From assembly GCF_030684315.1 (NCBI RefSeq), contig NC_081403.1:1178001-1242000 (forward strand): DNA of 64,000 nucleotides. The letters are read 5' to 3'. Within the stretch, counting starts at the first letter, position 1, and every line of letters starts with the position of its first letter. Made by a program: the position numbers and the translations under genes. The DNA is from Stegostoma tigrinum (lineage: Eukaryota). Shown here in pieces: positions 59,101-64,000 of the stretch. A model generated the notes under the pieces. That model was given only the letters and a program-made list of their open reading frames with translations. It did not search any database and was not told where the DNA came from.

Positions 59101-60651
59101 GAGACCACCTGTAAGATCTCGATCTCCTTCTGGGTGGATCTGCGGACCTCGTCCAGCTGGTCCGGGCTCATGCTCTCGTCGGTAACCTCGATGATCTTCA
59201 CAGCGTACTCCATGTCCGTCCTCTTGTGGATGCATCTCTGGACCACACTGCTGACCCCCCTGGTGGAAAATGCGAGCAGGTCAAGGTGACTTCAAGAGAT
59301 TCAGCTGTTGTGTTGGACATATCCAGGCCCTGTCCTGTCCTAGTCTGAAGCACATCCACCCAAACACGCATGTACACAGCAACGTGTTTCCGGCTGGCTG
59401 GGCTCGGACTGGCCCAGTAGCGATGCCTATTTGCAAGAGGCTATTGGTGTATTTTTACCAACAGAACGGCGTTCATGCACAAACTCTGCCACACCTGTGC
59501 AGAACTCTCTGTAATAAACCCGCTGCAGAAATTGGAAATAGGCATTCAACTGCTCTATCCTCCACAACAACCTTAGGTGATGCTCAAACCTCAGTGCGGG
59601 ATCACCCCTGTCCCACGTTAAGACTTTTTTTCTCAGCTAGCACAACTGCAATCTGTTCATCTTCATCAAATCTCCGCATTCACTCCTATTTCATTTCGCG
59701 AACATGTCTTCCCGAGGCCAGTCAACAAGCTAACTAAGATGACTGAAGACATAACGTGTTCCTCAGACTCGACATGAGTCAAAACATCAAAAGTGCTTGG
59801 ACATCTCAGTCACAAGGACGCACACACAATTGGAGTTGGGGGGTCATGTTGCAGCTGTACAGGACGTCGGTGAGGCCATTTTTAGAATACTGCTTCCAAT
59901 TCTGGTAGCCCTTCTGTCGGAGAGATGCGAAGCTTGAGAGGATGCAAAGAAGATTTACAAGGATGTTGCCGGGACTGGAGGGTTTGCGATACAGGCAGAG
60001 GCTGGATAGGCTGGGGCTATTTTCCCTGGAGTGGTCGGAAGCTGAAATCACGTGGGCATGGTTAGGGGGAAGAGTCAAGTCTTTTCCCCAGGGTAGTGGA
60101 GTCTAAAACTAGAGGTGCATATGTTTAAGGTAAGAGGAGAAAGAAATAAAAGGGACGTGAGAGGCAACTTTTTCATGCAGAGGGCGGTGCGTGTAAGGTA
60201 TGAGCTGTCAGAGGAAGTGGGTGGGAGGCTGGTACAGTTATAGCATTTAAAAGGCTTCTGGAAGGGTCCATGAATAGGAAGGGGTTATGGGCCAAATGCT
60301 GGCAAGTGGGACTAGGTTAATTTGGGATATCTGGGTCGGCATGGATGGGTTGGGCCGAATGGTCTGTTTCTGAGCTGTATGACTCTAATTAAACCATAAA
60401 CTATATCTTCCTCCTTCTGAACTTACAAGATAGAAATACAACTGGAAACATGAAACCAAACATCATTCTCCACGTAACATATCACCATGCACTCATTAAC
60501 GTGTGCAGCTACAGTCATTAACACACACTCGCTTTCTCTCCCACACTCGGTCATGAAGTGGGCCTTACCTTCCGATCACCTCCTTGGGATTATATTTCTG
60601 ATAGAAGCCACTGGCCGCCACCTCCTCCTCCTGTCTCAAATCCCGCGTCAT
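50392..60651 (-). CDS. PHKG2: Phosphorylase kinase catalytic gamma subunit, PHKG2-like, 397 aa
   Basis: Exons 60569-60651, 59084-59259, 58286-58340, 58041-58106, 53221-53384, 52902-52992, 52142-52295, 51489-51611 and 50392-50673 total 1194 nt in phase. [29 protein letters not shown], CaM-binding [18 protein letters not shown]. Synteny favours PHKG2 over PHKG1. Confidence 0.88.
50930..51320. repeat. C-rich degenerate ~45-bp repeat
   Basis: cctcctcctaccttcctcccgtcccggaccacccctccca units. Confidence 0.8.
51489..51611 (-). CDS. PHKG2: PHKG2 exon ([24 protein letters not shown]...RMFR)
   Basis: AG/GT bounded. Confidence 0.93.
51700..52115. repeat. About 70-bp dispersed tandem repeat
   Basis: Same unit as 32255 and 49920. 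Confidence 0.85.
52142..52295 (-). CDS. PHKG2: PHKG2 exon ([22 protein letters not shown]...TVKDL)
   Basis: AG/GT bounded. Confidence 0.95.
52902..52992 (-). CDS. PHKG2: PHKG2 exon ([30 protein letters not shown])
   Basis: APE motif; AG/GT bounded. Confidence 0.95.
53221..53384 (-). CDS. PHKG2: PHKG2 exon (NVMRELL...[11 protein letters not shown]...SDFGFAC...KLR)
   Basis: HRD and DFG motifs. Confidence 0.95.
53775..57960. repeat. 4.2-kb satellite of roughly 80 copies of a ~50-56-bp unit in a PHKG2 intron
   Basis: Nearly invariant core cagggagatatctgtacactgactggtgtctctcagt plus a variable (C)n(TC)n linker. Confidence 0.97.
58041..58106 (-). CDS. PHKG2: PHKG2 exon ([22 protein letters not shown])
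   Basis: 66 nt, AG/GT bounded. Confidence 0.95.
58286..58340 (-). CDS. PHKG2: PHKG2 exon ([18 protein letters not shown])
   Basis: 55 nt, AG/GT bounded. Confidence 0.93.
58470..59002. repeat. 38-bp CpG-rich minisatellite, about 14 copies
   Basis: Unit ggcccacgccgggagacctcggctcgcgcccaggctcc. Confidence 0.95.
59084..59259 (-). CDS. PHKG2: PHKG2 exon ([23 protein letters not shown]...SGHPNI)
   Basis: AVK catalytic lysine; 176 nt. Confidence 0.95.
59830..60390 (+). mobile_element. CR1 LINE 3' fragment
   Basis: gtgaggccatttttagaatactgc..., gagagggatgcaaagaagatttacaaggatgttgcc-type sequence, tail gggccgaatggtctgtttctgagctgtatgactct. Confidence 0.85.
60569..60651 (-). CDS. PHKG2: PHKG2 first coding exon ([28 protein letters not shown])
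   Basis: cgcag|gaaaacATG ... AG|GTAAGG; a non-coding exon 1 was not located. Confidence 0.9.
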
Positions 60652-60799
60652 GTTTTCCTGCGAAGAATCCTGCGAGAACGGATTGAAGCTGGAAACTGGA
60701 ACAGAAGAACAGGACAACCTGAGAAACTGGAGCAGGCCACCTGGACTTGTCGAGCATGCTCGTCCCTTCCACAGGATCCTGGCTGAACTATTTCATGGA

Positions 60800-61315
60800 C
60801 TCAGTCAGCACCCCCTTACCCACCCGCTCACCATAATCCTTCATTCCTTCGCTGTTCAAAAATCCATCTTTGCCTTAAGAACTGCTTCGCTGGGCAGGGG
60901 ATTCCACAGATTCACACCCCAGTGGGTGAACAAATTCCTCCTCAGCTCAGTCCTAAATCTGCTCCCCCTTCTAAGTTTCACCCACCTCTGGAAACAACCT
61001 CCCTGCTTCTGTCTTATTCATTCCCTTTATAAATTTCATATGTTCCCAACAGATCCTCCTCCTTGTTCTTCTAAATTCCAACGAGCATAGTCCCAATTGA
61101 CTCAGTCTCTCCTCGTAAGGCGACCGTCTGAACTGCGGCATCGACCTAGTGAACCTCCTCTGCAAACCCTCCAGCGCCAGTGCGTCCTTTCACAGAGATC
61201 AAAACTGTACACAGTACTCCAGGTGAGGCTGCACCGGCACCCAGCAAACCTCCCCGCTTATCAACTCCATCCCTCGAGCACCAAAGGACAACATTTCATT
61301 TGCCTTCTTAATTAA
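60800..61315 (-). mobile_element. CR1/L2 LINE 3' fragment
   Basis: QRRFTRSMPQFRRSPYEERLSQLGLCSLEFRR. Confidence 0.8.
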
Positions 61316-61578
61316 GGCAACATTTTGAGAACACAGAGGGAGGTCAGGTCAGGTTGGGTCTAGCCAAAGCCACTGGGGGCAAATCCGAAACCGAACACAC
61401 CAATGGGAGATTTGGGAAGCTCCGTCCAGCAGTCCGAGGAAGGAAACTTACATTTTGAAAAGGCTTCTACTGGCAACGGGTCATGCCAAGGACCATCAAC
61501 TGGCACGTTGCACCCTCTGTTTGCTGCATCAGAAGCTTTGACAGCCAGCTCCAGCACAGCAAACTCCCAGAGGACAGG

Positions 61579-61793
61579 GATAGCAGGAACTGCAGATGCT
61601 GGAGAATCCGAGATACCAACGTGTGGAGCTGGATGAACACAGCAGGCCAAGGAGCAGAGGAGCAGGAGAGCTGACGTTTTGGGCCTAGACCCTTCATCAG
61701 AAAATGAAGAAGGGTCTAGGCCCGAAACGCCAGCCTTCCTGCACCACTGACGCTGCTTGGCCTGCTGTGTTCATCCAGCTCCACACCCTGTTA
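61579..61793 (-). mobile_element. Foldback Penelope-like element, copy C (opposite orientation)
   Basis: Exact 14-bp TSD TCCCAGAGGACAGG at 61565-61578 and 61794-61807; tail on the left. Confidence 0.85.
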
Positions 61794-63184
61794 TCCCAGA
61801 GGACAGGATCAGGTTTCTTTCAAATTAGCTAGCAGAGGACGAACACTGCAGTCCAGGATACATCATGCCAGCAGAGGGGCGGGGTGACACTTGCATTTGT
61901 CAGGGAGGCAGTTTCAACACTGTCCACCATTCAGGTAATCCTTCGGCGCCGAACCTCCGACAGCACGGCGCTCCCTCGGCGCCGACCCTCCGACCGCATG
62001 GCGCTCCCTCGGTGCTGGCCGAGGGCAGTGAGAGCGACAGTAGGTTGAAATGAGCACACAGACACACACACACACACACACACGCGCGCTCCAAGTCCGA
62101 ATTCCCAAAGCGTTCCCCGCAACCTAACACAGATGTCCCGATCTGCACTCCCCCAGGGACAGAGGGCTCTTGCGAAGTTGGGTGCAGGGGGTGCTGAGAG
62201 ATACATACGCATGGTTGCAGTTCCCCGGAGCTCTGAGCTTTTGGTTCAATGCCAGTGTTGGCCCAATGGCAGAGGGTCATGCTGGGTCACCAGTGCGTAC
62301 AATCCCAGTCAAACTGATTGAATTTGGAGATTGGAGATTGGAGATAAGATTGCCCCTCATCAGAATGGGAGGGCGATGATTGAATTAACAGAGACAATGG
62401 GGCTGCTGTGAGTAACAGACACACACAAATGGTCAGAGATCTGACCAACAGGAGTGGGGACTCTCTTCCTCCCTGCCTTTGGGACTCGTCAGCCCAACCC
62501 TCCTGACCTTCCAGAGAAAGGTCTAGTGTAAGAAGAGGTTGTTCAGCCCCTCGGCTCTGTGCTGGATCTTTGTTGGACTTAGTCAATTCATTCCATCCCA
62601 GCCACGTTCTATCCTCCCAATCCCTTTCATCTTTGTCTGAACCCCTTGCTTCAGATGACCACCGCAACTCAACACATTACTCCTCATCTCACCACCCCGG
62701 TGACCGACGGCCTTCAATCTGTCTGCCCCAAACCATTCCTAACAGTTCTGCTCCCGAGAACACAGTCTCTCCCCAACTAGTTGATCAAAAACCCTTCCAG
62801 ATCTCAAACATCTAAAGTCAATTTCCTCCTGAACCTTGTCTGCTCTGAGGAAAACAATTTCCATCTGCTTCCAGACTCTCTAGCTGAACTCGGGACCACC
62901 CACCTGTCCCAAGTGCCCATTCGGGTAAATCTCTCTCTCTCTAGGCACTGTGCAAACTCAGGGGGCCTGAAACTGGGAGTAGCAAGTGACCAATTTGGGC
63001 CTATCCAGGGTTTTTGAAAGGACTTGGCAATTTGGCTTTGGTACCCAATGAGAAAGATAAATAATTACACATAACTTTATTATTAAAATTGCCGATTAGT
63101 CCAATGAACTTAGGAAGGGGCACTTGTGGCAGGGGTGGGGGGTGGAGCAGCTTGGAGCAGGTAGCGGTAATAGAGAGGGGGTTG

Positions 63185-63675
63185 TAAGGGCTGGAGGAGT
63201 GACTGGGATAGAGAGGGGGTGTAGGGGGCTGGAGGAAGTGACAGGGATAGAGAGGGGGTGTAGGGGGACAGAGGAGGTGGTAGGGATAGAGAGGGGGTGT
63301 AGGGGGTGACAGAGATAGGGAGGGAGTGTAGGGGGCTGGAGGAGGTAACTGAGATGGGGAGGGTGTGTAGGGGGGTGACAGAGATAGGGAGGTGGTGTAG
63401 GGGGACGGAGGGGGTGACAGAGATAGGGAGGTGGTGTAGGGGGATGGAGGAGGTAACAGAGATAGGGAGGGGGTGTAGGGGGATGGAGGAGGTAACAGAG
63501 ATAGGGAGGGGGTGTAGGGGGTGACAGAGATAGGGAGGGAGTGTAGGGGGTGACAGAGATAGGGAGGGAGTGTAGGGGGTGACAGAGATAGGGAGGGAGT
63601 GTAGGGGGTGACAGAGATAGGGAGGGAGTGTAGGGGGTGACAGAGATAGGGAGGGAGTGTAGGGGGATGGAGGAT
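63185..63675. repeat. About 29-39-bp purine-rich minisatellite
   Basis: Unit gtgacagagatagggagggagtgtagggg. Confidence 0.9.
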
Positions 63676-64000
63676 GTTAACATACGGAAGAATATATACA
63701 AATATATGAAACTCTGCTCCAAATTTCCCTTCAACCTGAAGAAGCATACTATTCCTCACTGCAGATTCTGGCTAACAAAATGCAGTGCAACCAAATCCAT
63801 TATTTCCAGTTATGAATTGTTCCACCAGTCACCTTAGACGGTCGGCAGAGGGTCAGCAGTGGGGGAGCGCCGCGTTTTCGGAGGCTCAGCGCTGAGCCCG
63901 TAGGTATATCTCTCACACAGGGACCGCTGCAATTCAGGAGGGGAGCACATTTTCCCCACATCTCCACCAAGCGCCTTTCTGAAGGGGCAGTTCAGGACAG

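Overview
Eukaryotic, intron-containing genomic DNA from a cartilaginous fish. A carpet-shark-type genome is inferred from HE1-like SINEs, CR1/L2 LINE debris and Penelope-type foldback repeats. The window is GC-rich and gene-dense, and its genes are orthologues of genes in human 16p11.2. From left to right: FUS exon 1 and its CpG island (-); the last six coding exons of KAT8/MOF (-); a 200-N gap; the last nine coding exons of BCKDK (+); a CpG-island promoter with an array of ZNF143-type sites; a complete FBXL19 (+, 10 coding exons, about 736 aa); a second 200-N gap; the probable last exon of CFAP119/CCDC189 (+); and a complete PHKG2-like CDS (-, 9 coding exons, 397 aa). Exon boundaries were read by hand from GT-AG sites, and the phases join correctly. 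Many introns carry their own minisatellite. The most notable observations are: (i) three ~220-bp foldback insertions with 13-14-bp target-site duplications whose hairpin apex sits on a hammerhead-ribozyme-like core; (ii) ten strictly alternating ACTACA/TGTAGT motifs forming four tandem palindromes upstream of FBXL19; (iii) an acidic FBXL19 first exon resembling the KDM2B short-isoform start. No prokaryotic system or CRISPR array is present. Most long ORFs in the supplied track are repeat artefacts. Gene identities rest on recalled vertebrate protein sequences, not on database searches.
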